Assembly (NCBI GenBank): GCA_964016885.1
Contig: OZ024745.1
Span: 82,088,001-82,152,000, forward strand
Reading direction: 5' to 3'
Length of the DNA: 64,000 nucleotides
DNA from: Eledone cirrhosa
Taxonomy: Eukaryota
Part shown: positions 26,801-42,800 of the stretch, piece by piece
Layout: every line of letters starts with the position of its first letter
How positions within the stretch are numbered: the stretch's first letter is position 1
Notes under the pieces: generated by a model
Told to the model about the DNA's origin: nothing
Databases searched by the model: none
Seen by the model: the letters and a program-made list of their open reading frames with translations, nothing else
Made by a program: the position numbers and the translations under genes

Positions 26801-29800
26801 AACATATTCCCACAAAATTAATAATCCACTCACACCAAATTGATAACATATTACCACAAAATTAATAATCCTCTCACACCAAATTGATAACGTATTCTCA
26901 GAATATTAATAAACCACTCACACCAAATTGATAACTTATTCCCACAAAATTGATAATTCACTCACACGAAATTGATAACATATTCCCACAAAATTGATAA
27001 TTCACTCATACGAAATTGATAACACATTCCCATTAAACTGATAATTCACTCGCACTAAATTGATAACATATTCCCACAAAATTGATAATGCTCTCACACC
27101 AAATTGATAATATATTCCCACAAAATTAATAATTCACTCACACAAATTGATAACTTATTCCCACAAAATTGATAATTCACACACACCAAATTGATAGCAT
27201 ATTCCCACAAAATTAATAATCGACTCACAGCAAATTGATAACATATTCCCACAAAATTAATAATCCACTCAAACCAAATTGATAACGTATTCCCACAAAA
27301 TTAATAATCCACTCACACCAAATTGATAACATATTCCCACAAAATTTATAATTCACTCACACCAAATTTATAACATATTCCCACATAATTAATAATTCAC
27401 TCACACCAAATTGATAACATATTCCCACAAAATTGATTATTCACTCATAGCAATTTGATAACATATTCCCACAAAATTAATAATTCACTCACATCAAATT
27501 GATAACATATCCCCACAAAATTAATAATTGATAACATATCCCCACAAAATTAATAATTGACTCACACCCAATTAATAATTCACTCACACCCAATTGATAA
27601 CTTATTCCCAGAAAATTAATAATCCACTCACACCAAATTGATAACTTATTCCCATAAAATTAATAATTCACTCACACCAAATTGACAACATATTCCCACA
27701 AAATTAATAATCCACTCACACCAAATTGATAACATATTACCACAAAATTAATAATCCTCTCACAACAAATTGATAACGTATTCCCAGAATATTAATAATC
27801 CACTCACACCAAATTCATAACTTATTCCTACAAAATTGATAATTCACTCACACGAAATTGATAACATAATCCCACAAAATTGATAATTCACACGCACCAA
27901 ATTGATAACATATTCCCACAAAATTAATACTTCACTCATACCAAATTGATAACATATTCCCACAAAATTGATTATTCACTCTTACCAAATTGATAACACA
28001 TTCCCATTAAACTGATAATTCTTCCAAAATGATAACATCTTCCCACAAAATTAATAATCCACTCACACCAAATTGATAACATATTCCCACAAAATTAGTA
28101 ATTCACTCACACCAAATTGATAACATATTCCCATTAAACTGATAATTCAATCACACACAATTGATAACAGATTTACACAAAATTAATAATTCACTCACAC
28201 CCAATTGATAACTTATTCCCAGAAAATTAATAATCCACTCACACCAAATTGATAACTTATTCCCATAAAATTAATAATTCACTCACACCAAATTGACAAC
28301 ATATTCCCACAAAATTAATAATCCACTCACACCAAATTGATAACATATTACCACAAAATTAATAATCCTCTCACAAAAATTGATAACGTATTCCCAGAAT
28401 ATTAATAATCCACTCACACCAAATTCATAACTTATTCCTACAAAATTGATAATTCACTCACACGAAATTGATAACATAATCCCACAAAATTGATAATTCA
28501 CACGCACCAAATTGATAACATATTCCCACAAAATTAATAATTCACTCATACCAAATTGATAACATATTCCCACAAAATTGATTATTCACTCTTACCAAAT
28601 TGATAACACATTCCCATTAAACTGATAATTCACTCGCACTAAATTGATAACATATTCCCACAAAATTGATAATGCTCTCACACCAAATTGATAACATATT
28701 CCCACCAAATTAATAATTCACTCACACCAAATTGATAACTTATTCACACAAAATTGATAATTCACTCACACCAAATTGATAAGGTATTCTCAGAATATTA
28801 ATAAACCACTCACACCAAATTGATAACTTATTCCCAGAAAATTAATAATCCACTCACACCGAATTGATAACTTATTCCCATAAAATTAATAATTCACTCA
28901 CACCAAATTGACAACATATTCCCACAAAATTAATAATGCACTCACACCAAATTGATAACATATTACCACAAAATTAATAATCCTCTCACACCAAATTGAT
29001 AACGTATTCCCAGAATATTAATAATCCACTCACATCAAATTCATAACTTATTCTCACAAAATTGATAATTCACTCACACGAAATTGATAACATATTCCCA
29101 CAAAATTGATAATTCACTCGCACCAAATTGATAACATATTCCCACAAAATTAATAATTCACTCATACCAAATTGATAACATATTCCCACAAAATTGATTA
29201 TTCACTCTTACCAAATTGATAACACATTCCCATTAAACTGATAATTCACTCGCACTAAATTGATAACATATTCCCACAAAATTGATAGTGCTCTCACGCC
29301 AAATTCATAACATATTCCCACTAAATTAATAATTCACTCACACCAAATTGATAACTTATTCCCACAAAATTGATAATTCACTCACACCAAATTGATAACG
29401 TATTCTCAGAATATTAATAAACCACTCACACCAAATTGATAACTTATTCCCACAAAATTGATAATTCACTCACACGAAATTGATAACATATTCCCACAAA
29501 ATTGATAATTCACTCATACGAAATTGATAACACATTCCCATTAAACTGATAATTCACTCGCACTAAATTGATAACATATTCCCACAAAATAGATAATGCT
29601 CTCACACCAAATTGATTGCATATTCCGACAAAATTAATAATTCACTCACACCAAATTGATAACTTATTCCCACAAAATTGATAATTCACACACACCAAAT
29701 TGATTGCATATTCCCACAAAATTAATAATCGACTCACAGCAAATTGATAACATATTCCCACAAAATTAATAATCCACTCACACCAAATTGATAACGTATT

Positions 29801-30870
29801 CCCACAAAATTAATAATCCACTCACACCAAATTGATAACATATTCCCACAAAATTAATAATTCACTCACACCAAATTGATAACATATTTCCACAAAATTG
29901 ATAATTCACTCGCACCAAATTGATAACATATTCCCACAAAATTAATAATCGACTCACAGCAAATTGATAACATATTCCCACAAAATTAATAATCCACTCA
30001 CACCAAATTGATAACGTATTCCCACAAAATTAATAATCCACTCACACCAAATTGATAACATATTCCCACAAAATTAATAATTCACTCACACCAAATTGAT
30101 AACATATTCCCATTAAACTGATAATTCAATCACACACAATTGATAACAGATTTCCACAAAATTAATAATTCACCCACACGAAATTGATAACATATTCTCA
30201 CAAAATTAATAATCCACTCACATCAAATTGATAACATATTCCCACAAAATTAATAATCCACTCACACCCAATGGATAACTTATTCCCAGAAAATTAATAA
30301 TCCACTCACACCAAATTGATAACATATTCCCACAAAATTGATAATTCACTCATACCAATTTGATAACATATTCCCACAAAATTAATAATTCACTCACACC
30401 AAATTGATAACATATTCCCATAAAATTTATAATTCACTCGCACAAAATTGATAACATATTCCCATAAAATATATAATTCACTCGCACCAAATTGATAACA
30501 TATTCCCACAAAATTGATAATTCACTCACACCAAGTTGATAACATATTCCCACAAAATTAATAATTCACTCACACCAAATTGATAACATATTCCCACAAA
30601 ATTGGTAATTCACTCACACCAAATTGAGAACATATTCCCAAAAAACTGATAATCCACTCACACCAAATTGATAACATATTCCCACAAAATTAATAATCCA
30701 CTCACACCAAATTGATAACGTATTCTCACAAAATTGATAATTCACTCACACGAAATTGATAACATATTACCACAAAATTGATAATTCACTCACACCAAAT
30801 TGATAACATATTCCCACAAAATTAATAATCGACTCACAGCAAATTGATAACATATTCCCACAAAATTAAT
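26800..30870. repeat. Satellite domain II: transitional, short-range duplications of the variant module later fixed in the HOR
   Basis: First appearance of tctcagaatattaataaacc (26895), cccattaaactg, cgcactaaattg, gataatgctctc and aatcgactcacagc, repeated at ~0.6-kb spacing without the 5-kb order. Confidence 0.7.
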
Positions 30871-33800
30871 AATTCACTCACACCAAATTGATAACGTATT
30901 CCCACAAAATTAATAATCCACTCACACCAAATTGATAACATATTCCCACAAAATTGATAATTCACTCACACCAAGTTGATAACATATTCCCACAAAATTA
31001 ATAATTCACTCACACCAAATTGATAACATATTCCCACAAAATTGATTATTCACTCATACCAATTTGATCACATATTCCCACAAAATTAATAATTCACTCA
31101 CACCAAATTGATAACATATTCCCATAAAATATATAATTCACTCGCACCAAATTGATAACGTATTCCCACAAAATTAATAATTAACGCACACCAAATTGAT
31201 AACATATTCCCATAAAATTTATAATTCACTCGCACCAAATTGATATCGTATTCCCACAAAATTAATAATTAACGCACACCAAGTTGATAACATATTCCCA
31301 CAAAATTAATAATCCACTCACACCAAATTGATAACATATTCCCACAAAATTAATAATCCACTCACAGCAAATTGATAACATATTCCCATAAAATTAATAA
31401 TTCACTCACACCAAATTGATAACATATTCCCAAAAAATTAATAATCCACTCACACCAAATTGATAACATATTACCACAAAATTAATAATCCTCTCACACC
31501 AAATTGATAACGTATTCTCAGAATATTAATAAACCACTCACACCAAATTGATAACTTATTCCCACAAAATTGATAATTCACTCACACGAAATTGATAACA
31601 TATTCCCACAAAATTGATAATTCACTCATACGAAATTGATAACACATTCCCATTAAACTGATAATTCAATCGCACTAAATTGTTAACATATTCCCACAAA
31701 ATTGATAATGCTCTCACACCAAATTGATAACATATTCCCACAAAATTAATAATTCACTCACACCAAATTGATAACTTATTCCCACAAAATTGATAATTCA
31801 CACACACCAAATTGATAGCATATTCCCACAAAATTAATAATCGACTCACAGCAAATTGATAACATATTCCCACAAAATTAATAATCCACTCAAACCAAAT
31901 TGATAACGTATTCCCACAAAATTAATAATCCACTCACACCAAATTGATAACATATTCCCACAAAATTTATAATTCACTCACACCAAATTGATAACATATT
32001 CCCAGAAAATTAATAATTCACTCACACCAAATTGATAACATATTCCCACAAAATTGATTATTCACTCATAGCAATTTGATATCATATTCCCACAAAATTA
32101 ATAATTCACTCACACCAAATTGATAACATATCCCCACAAAATTAATAATCCACTCACACCCAATTGATAACTTATTCCCAGAAAATTAATAATCCACTCA
32201 CACCAAATTGATAACTTATTCCCATAAAATTAATAATTCACTCACACCAAATTGACAACATATTCCCACAAAATTAATAATCCACTCACACCAAATTGAT
32301 AACATATTACCACAAAATTAATAATCCTCTCACACCAAATTGATAACGTATTCCCAGAATATTAATAATCCACTCACACAAAATTCATAACTTATTCCCA
32401 CAAAATTGATAATTCACTCACACGAAATTGATAACATATTCCCACAAAATTGATAATTCACTCGCACCAAATTGATAACATATTCCCACAAAATTAATAA
32501 TTCACTCATACCAAATTGATAACATATTCCCACAAAATTAATAATTCACTCTTACCAAATTGATAACTTATTCCCACAAAATTGATAATTCACTCACACC
32601 AAATTGATAACGTATTCTCAGAATATTAATAAACCACTCACACCAAATTGATAACTTATTCCCACAAAATTGATAATTCACTCACACGAAATTTATAACA
32701 TATTCCCACAAAATTGATAGTTCACTCATACGAAATTGATAACACATTCCCATTAAACTGATAATTCACTCGCACTAAATTGATAACATATTCCCACAAA
32801 ATTGATAATGCTCTCACACCAAATTGATAACATATTCCCACAAAATTAATAATTCACTCACACCAAATTGATAACTTATTCCCACAAAATTGATAATTCA
32901 CACACACCAAATTGATAGCATATTCCCACAAAATTAATAATCGACTCACAGCAAATTGATAACATATCCCCACAAAATTGATAATTCACTCACACCAAAT
33001 TGATAACATATTCCCACAAAATTAATAATTCACTCACACCAAATTGATAACATATTCCCACAAAATTGATTATTCACTCATAGCAAGTTGATAACATATT
33101 CCCACAAAATTAATAATCCACTCACACCAAATTGATAACATATTCCCACAACATTAATAATTCACTCACACCAAATTGATAACATATTTCCACAAAATTG
33201 ATAATTCACTCGCACCAAATTGATAACATATTCCCACAAAATTAATAATCGACTCACAGCAAATTGATAACATATTCCCACAAAATTAATAATTCACTCA
33301 CACCAAATTGATAACATATTCCCATTAAACTGATAATTCACTCACACGAAATTGATAACATATTCTCACAAAATTAATAATCCACTCACACCAAATTGAT
33401 AACGTATTCGCACAAAATTAATAATTAACGCACACCAAATTGATAAAATATTCCCACAAAATTAATAATCCACTCACACCAAATTGATAACATATTCCCA
33501 CAAAATTAATAATCCACTCACACCAAATTGATAACATATTCCCACAAAATTAATAATCCACTCACACCAAATTGATAACGTATTCTCACAAAATTGATAA
33601 TTCACTCACACGAAATTGATAACATATTACCACAAAATTGATAATTCACTCACACCAAATTGATAACATATTCCCACAAAATTGATTATTCACTCATACC
33701 AATTTGATAACATATTCCCACAAAATTAATAATTCACTCACACCAAATTCATAACATATTCCCATAAAATTTATAATTCACTCGCACCAAATTGATAACG

Positions 33801-36800
33801 TATTCCCACAAAATTAATAATTAACGCACACCAAGTTGATAACATATTCCCACAAAATTAATAATCCACTCACACCAAATTGATAACATATTCCCACAAA
33901 ATTAATAGTCCACTCCCACCAAATTGATAACATATTCCCATTAAACTGATAATTCAATCACACACAATTGATAACTGATTTCCACAAAATTAATAATTGA
34001 CTCACACGAAATTGATAACATATTCTCACAAAATTAATAATCCACTCACATCAAATTGATTACATATTCCCACAAAATTAATAATCCACTCACACCCAAT
34101 TGATAACTTATTCCCAGAAAATAAATAATCCACTCACACCAAATTGATAACATATTCCCACAAAATTGATAATTCACTCACACCAAATTGAGAACTTATT
34201 CCCATAAAATTAATAATTCACTCACACCAAATTGATAACATATTCCCACAAAATTAATAATCCACTCACACCAAATTGATAACATATTACCACAAAATTA
34301 ATAATCTTCTCACACCAAATTGATAACGTATTCTCAGAATATTAATAAACCACTCACACCAAATTGATAACTTATTCCCACAAAATTGATAATTCACTCA
34401 CACGAAATTGATAACATATTCCCACAAAATTGATAATTCACTCATACGAAATTGATAACAGATTCCCATTAAACTGATAATTCACTCGCACTAAATTGAT
34501 AACATATTCCCACAAAATTGATAATACTCTCACACCAAATTGATAACATATTCTCACAAAATTAATAATTCACTCACACCAAATTGATAACATATTCCCA
34601 CAAAATTTATAATTCACTCACACCAAATTGATAACATATTCCCACAAAATTGATTATTCACTCATAGCAATTTGATAACATATTCCCACAAAATTAATAA
34701 TTCACTCACACGAAATTGATAACTTATTCCCAGAAAATAAATAATCCACTCACACCAAATTGATAACATATTCCCACAAAATTGATAATTCACTCACACC
34801 AAATTGAGAACTTATTCCCATAAAATTAATAATTCACACACACCAGATTGATAGCATATTCCCACAAAATTAATAATCGACTCACAGCAAATTGATAACA
34901 TATTCCCACAAAATTAATAATCCACTCAAACCAAATTGATAACGTATTCCCACAAAATTAATAATCCACTCACACCAAATTGATAACATATTCCCACAAA
35001 ATTTATAATTCACTCACACCAAATTGATAACATATTCCCACAAAATCAATAATTCACTCACACCAAATTGATAACATATTCCCACAAAATTGATTATTCA
35101 CTCATAGCAATTTGATAACATATTCCCACAAAATTAATAATTCCCTCACACGAAATTGATAACATATCCCCACAAAATTAATAATCCACTCACACCAAAT
35201 TGATAACGTATTCCCAGAATATTAATAATCCACTCACACCAAATTCATAACTTATTCCCACAAAATTGATAATTCAGTCACACGAAATTGATAACATATT
35301 CCCACAAAATTGATAATTCACTCGCACCAAATTGATAACATATTCCCACAAAATTAATAATTCACTCATACCAAATTGATAACATATTCCCACAAAATTG
35401 ATTATTCACTCTTACCAAATTGATAACACATTCCCATTAAACTGATAATTCACTCGCACTAAATTGATAACATATTCCCACAAAATTGATAATGCTCTCA
35501 CACCAAATTGATAACATATTCCCACAAAATTAATAATTCACTCACACCAAATTGATAACTTATTCCCACAAAATTGATAATTCACACACACCAAATTGAT
35601 AGCATATTCCCACAAAATTAATAATCGACTCACAGCAAATTGATAACATATTCCCACAAAATTAATAATCCACTCAAACCAAATTGATAACGTATTCCCA
35701 CAAAATTGATAATTCACTCACACCAAACTGATAAAATATTCCCACAAAATTAATAATCGACTCACAGCAAATTGATAACATATCCCCACAAAATTAATAA
35801 TCCACTCACACCAAATTGATAACGTATTCCCACAAAATTAATAATCCACTCACACCAAATTGATAACATATTCCCACAAAATTGATAATTCACTCACACC
35901 AAATTGATAACGTATTCCCACAAAATTAATAATCCACTCACACCAAATTGATAACATATTCCCACAAAATTGATAATTCACTCACACCAAGTTGATAACA
36001 TATTCCCACAAAATTAATAATTCACTCACACCAAATTGATAACATATTCCCACAAAATTGATTATTCACTCATACCAATTTGATAACATATTCCCACAAA
36101 ATTAATAATTCACTCACACCAAATTGATAACATATTACCACAAAATTAATAATCCTCTCACACCAAATTGATAACGTATTCTCAGAATATTAATAAACCA
36201 CTCACACCAAATTGATAACTTATTCCCACAAAATTGATAATTCACTCACACGAAATTGATAACATATTCCCACAAAATTGATAATTCACTCATACGAAAT
36301 TGATAACACATTCCCATTAAACTGATAATTCAATCGCACTAAATTGTTAACATATTCCCACAAAATTGATAATGCTCTCACACCAAATTGATAACATATT
36401 CCCACAAAATTAATAATTCACTCACACCAAATTGATAACTTATTCCCACAAAATTGATAATTCACACACACCAAATTGATAGCATATTCCCACAAAATTA
36501 ATAATCGACTCACAGCAAATTGATAACATATTCCCACAAAATTAATAATCCACTCAAACCAAATTGATAACGTATTCCCACAAAATTAATAATCCACTCA
36601 CACCAAATTGATAACATATTCCCACAAAATTTATAATTCACTCACACCAAATTGATAACATATTCCCAGAAAATTAATAATTCACTCACACCAAATTGAT
36701 AACATATTCCCACAAAATTGATTATTCACTCATAGCAATTTGATATCATATTCCCACAAAATTAATAATTCACTCACACCAAATTGATAACATATCCCCA

Positions 36801-39800
36801 CAAAATTAATAATCCACTCACACCCAATTGATAACTTATTCCCAGAAAATTAATAATCCACTCACACCAAATTGATAACTTATTCCCATAAAATTAATAA
36901 TTCACTCACACCAAATTGACAACATATTCCCACAAAATTAATAATCCACTCACACCAAATTGATAACATATTACCACAAAATTAATAATCCTCTCACACC
37001 AAATTGATAACGTATTCCCAGAATATTAATAATCCACTCACACAAAATTCATAACTTATTCCCACAAAATTGATAATTCACTCACACGAAATTGATAACA
37101 TATTCCCACAAAATTGATAATTCACTCGCACCAAATTGATAACATATTCCCACAAAATTAATAATTCACTCATACCAAATTGATAACATATTCCCACAAA
37201 ATTAATAATTCACTCTTACCAAATTGATAACTTATTCCCACAAAATTGATAATTCACTCACACCAAATTGATAACGTATTCTCAGAATATTAATAAACCA
37301 CTCACACCAAATTGATAACTTATTCCCACAAAATTGATAATTCACTCACACGAAATTTATAACATATTCCCACAAAATTGATAGTTCACTCATACGAAAT
37401 TGATAACACATTCCCATTAAACTGATAATTCACTCGCACTAAATTGATAACATATTCCCACAAAATTGATAATGCTCTCACACCAAATTGATAACATATT
37501 CCCACAAAATTAATAATTCACTCACACCAAATTGATAACTTATTCCCACAAAATTGATAATTCACACACACCAAATTGATAGCATATTCCCACAAAATTA
37601 ATAATCGACTCACAGCAAATTGATAACATATCCCCACAAAATTGATAATTCACTCACACCAAATTGATAACATATTCCCACAAAATTAATAATTCACTCA
37701 CACCAAATTGATAACATATTCCCACAAAATTGATTATTCACTCATAGCAAGTTGATAACATATTCCCACAAAATTAATAATCCACTCACACCAAATTGAT
37801 AACATATTCCCACAACATTAATAATTCACTCACACCAAATTGATAACATATTTCCACAAAATTGATAATTCACTCGCACCAAATTGATAACATATTCCCA
37901 CAAAATTAATAATCGACTCACAGCAAATTGATAACATATTCCCACAAAATTAATAATTCACTCACACCAAATTGATAACATATTCCCATTAAACTGATAA
38001 TTCACTCACACGAGATTGATAACATATTCTCACAAAATTAATAATCCACTCACACCAAATTGATAACGTATTCGCACAAAATTAATAATTAACGCACACC
38101 AAATTGATAAAATATTCCCACAAAATTAATAATCCACTCACACCAAATTGATAACATATTCCCACAAAATTAATAATCCACTCACACCAAATTGATAACA
38201 TATTCCCACAAAATTAATAATCCACTCACACCAAATTGATAACGTATTCTCACAAAATTGATAATTCACTCACACGAAATTGATAACATATTACCACAAA
38301 ATTGATAATTCACTCATACGAAATTGATAACAGATTCCCATTAAACTGATAATTCACTCGCACTAAATTGATAACATATTCCCACAAAATTGATAATACT
38401 CTCACACCAAATTGATAACATATTCTCACAAAATTAATAATTCACTCACACCAAATTGATAACATATTCCCACAAAATTTATAATTCACTCACACCAAAT
38501 TGATAACATATTCCCACAAAATTGATTATTCACTCATAGCAATTTGATAACATATTCCCACAAAATTAATAATTCACTCACACGAAATTGATAACTTATT
38601 CCCAGAAAATAAATAATCCACTCACACCAAATTGATAACATATTCCCACAAAATTGATAATTCACTCACACCAAATTGAGAACTTATTCCCATAAAATTA
38701 ATAATTCACACACACCAAATTGATAGCATATTCCCACAAAATTAATAATCGACTCACAGCAAATTGATAACATATTCCCACAAAATTAATAATCCACTCA
38801 AACCAAATTGATAACGTATTCCCACAAAATTAATAATCCACTCACACCAAATTGATAACATATTCCCACAAAATTTATAATTCACTCACACCAAATTGAT
38901 AACATATTCCCACAAAATCAATAATTCACTCACACCAAATTGATAACATATTCCCACAAAATTGATTATTCACTCATAGCAATTTGATAACATATTCCCA
39001 CAAAATTAATAATTCCCTCACACGAAATTGATAACATATCCCCACAAAATTAATAATCCACTCACACCAAATTGATAACGTATTCCCAGAATATTAATAA
39101 TCCACTCACACCAAATTCATAACTTATTCCCACAAAATTGATAATTCAGTCACACGAAATTGATAACATATTCCCACAAAATTGATAATTCACTCGCACC
39201 AAATTGATAACATATTCCCACAAAATTAATATTTCACTCATACCAAATTGATAACATATTCCCACAAAATTGATTATTCACTCTTACCAAATTGATAACA
39301 CATTCCCATTAAACTGATAATTCACTCGCACTAAATTGATAACATATTCCCACAAAATTGATAATGCTCTCACACCAAATTGATAACATATTCCCACAAA
39401 ATTAATAATTCACTCACACCAAATTGATAACTTATTCCCACAAAATTGATAATTCACACACACCAAATTGATAGCATATTCCCACAAAATTAATAATCGA
39501 CTCACAGCAAATTGATAACATATTCCCACAAAATTAATAATCCACTCAAACCAAATTGATAACGTATTCCCACAAAATTGATAATTCACTCACACCAAAC
39601 TGATAAAATATTCCCACAAAATTAATAATCGACTCACAGCAAATTGATAACATATCCCCACAAAATTAATAATCCACTCACACCAAATTGATAACTTATT
39701 CCCACAAAATTAATAATCCACTCACACCAAATTGATAACATATTCCCACAAAATTGATAATTCACTCACACCAAATTGATAACGTATTCCCACAAAATTA

Positions 39801-42800
39801 ATAATCCACTCACACCAAATTGATAACATATTCCCACAAAATTGATAATTCACTCACACCAAGTTGATAACATATTCCCACAAAATTAATAATTCACTCA
39901 CACCAAATTGATAACATATTCCCACAAAATTGATTATTCACTCATACCAATTTGATAACATATTCCCACAAAATTAATAATTCACTCACACCAAATTGAT
40001 AACATATTACCACAAAATTAATAATCCTCTCACACCAAATTGATAACGTATTCTCAGAATATTAATAAACCACTCACACCAAATTGATAACTTATTCCCA
40101 CAAAATTGATAATTCACTCACACGAAATTGATAACATATTCCCACAAAATTGATAATTCACTCATACGAAATTGATAACACATTCCCATTAAACTGATAA
40201 TTCAATCGCACTAAATTGTTAACATATTCCCACAAAATTGATAATGCTCTCACACCAAATTGATAACATATTCCCACAAAATTAATAATTCACTCACACC
40301 AAATTGATAACTTATTCCCACAAAATTGATAATTCACACACACCAAATTGATAGCATATTCCCACAAAATTAATAATCGACTCACAGCAAATTGATAACA
40401 TATTCCCACAAAATTAATAATCCACTCAAACCAAATTGATAACGTATTCCCACAAAATTAATAATCCACTCACACCAAATTGATAACATATTCCCACAAA
40501 ATTTATAATTCACTCACACCAAATTGATAACATATTCCCAGAAAATTAATAATTCACTCACACCAAATTGATAACATATTCCCACAAAATTGATTATTCA
40601 CTCATAGCAATTTGATATCATATTCCCACAAAATTAATAATTCACTCACACCAAATTGATAACATATCCCCACAAAATTAATAATCCACTCACACCCAAT
40701 TGATAACTTATTCCCAGAATATTAATAATCCACTCACACCAAATTGATAACATATTCCCACAAAATTAATAATTCACTCATACCAAATTGATAACATATT
40801 CCCACAAAATTAATAATTCACTCTTACCAAATTGATAACTTATTCCCACAAAATTGATAATTCACTCACACCAAATTGATAACGTATTCTCAGAATATTA
40901 ATAAACCACTCACACCAAATTGATAACTTATTCCCACAAAATTGATAATTCACTCACACGAAATTTATAACATATTCCCACAAAATTGATAGTTCACTCA
41001 TACGAAATTGATAACACATTCCCATTAAACTGATAATTCACTCGCACTAAATTGATAACATATTCCCACAAAATTGATAATGCTCTCACACCAAATTGAT
41101 AACATATTCCCACAAAATTAATAATTCACTCACACCAAATTGATAACTTATTCCCACAAAATTGATAATTCACACACACCAAATTGATAGCATATTCCCA
41201 CAAAATTAATAATCGACTCACAGCAAATTGATAACATATCCCCACAAAATTGATAATTCACTCACACCAAATTGATAACATATTCCCACAAAATTAATAA
41301 TTCACTCACACCAAATTGATAACATATTCCCACAAAATTGATTATTCACTCATAGCAAGTTGATAACATATTCCCACAAAATTAATAATCCACTCACACC
41401 AAATTGATAACATATTCCCACAACATTAATAATTCACTCACACCAAATTGATAACATATTTCCACAAAATTGATAATTCACTCGCACCAAATTGATAACA
41501 TATTCCCACAAAATTAATAATCGACTCACAGCAAATTGATAACATATTCCCACAAAATTAATAATTCACTCACACCAAATTGATAACATATTCCCATTAA
41601 ACTGATAATTCACTCACACGAAATTGATAACATATTCTCACAAAATTAATAATCCACTCACACCAAATTGATAACGTATTCGCACAAAATTAATAATTAA
41701 CGCACACCAAATTGATAAAATATTCCCACAAAATTAATAATCCACTCACACCAAATTGATAACATATTCCCACAAAATTAATAATCCACTCACACCAAAT
41801 TGATAACATATTCCCACAAAATTAATAATCCACTCACACCAAATTGATAACGTATTCTCACAAAATTGATAATTCACTCACACGAAATTGATAACATATT
41901 ACCACAAAATTGATAATTCACTCACACCAAATTGATAACATATTCCCACAAAATTGATTATTCACTCATACCAATTTGATAACATATTCCCACAAAATTA
42001 ATAATTCACTCACACCAAATTCATAACATATTCCCATAAAATTTATAATTCACTCGCACCAAATTGATAACGTATTCCCACAAAATTAATAATTAACGCA
42101 CACCAAGTTGATAACATATTCCCACAAAATTAATAATCCACTCACACCAAATTGATAACATATTCCCACAAAATTAATAGTCCACTCCCACCAAATTGAT
42201 AACATATTCCCATTAAACTGATAATTCAATCACACACAATTGATAACTGATTTCCACAAAATTAATAATTGACTCACACGAAATTGATAACATATTCTCA
42301 CAAAATTAATAATCCACTCACATCAAATTGATTACATATTCCCACAAAATTAATAATCCACTCACACCCAATTGATAACTTATTCCCAGAAAATAAATAA
42401 TCCACTCACACCAAATTGATAACATATTCCCACAAAATTGATAATTCACTCACACCAAATTGAGAACTTATTCCCATAAAATTAATAATTCACTCACACC
42501 AAATTGATAACATATTCCCACAAAATTAATAATCCACTCACACCAAATTGATAACATATTACCACAAAATTAATAATCTTCTCACACCAAATTGATAACG
42601 TATTCTCAGAATATTAATAAACCACTCACACCAAATTGATAACTTATTCCCACAAAATTGATAATTCACTCACACGAAATTGATAACATATTCCCACAAA
42701 ATTGATAATTCACTCATACGAAATTGATAACAGATTCCCATTAAACTGATAATTCACTCGCACTAAATTGATAACATATTCCCACAAAATTGATAATACT

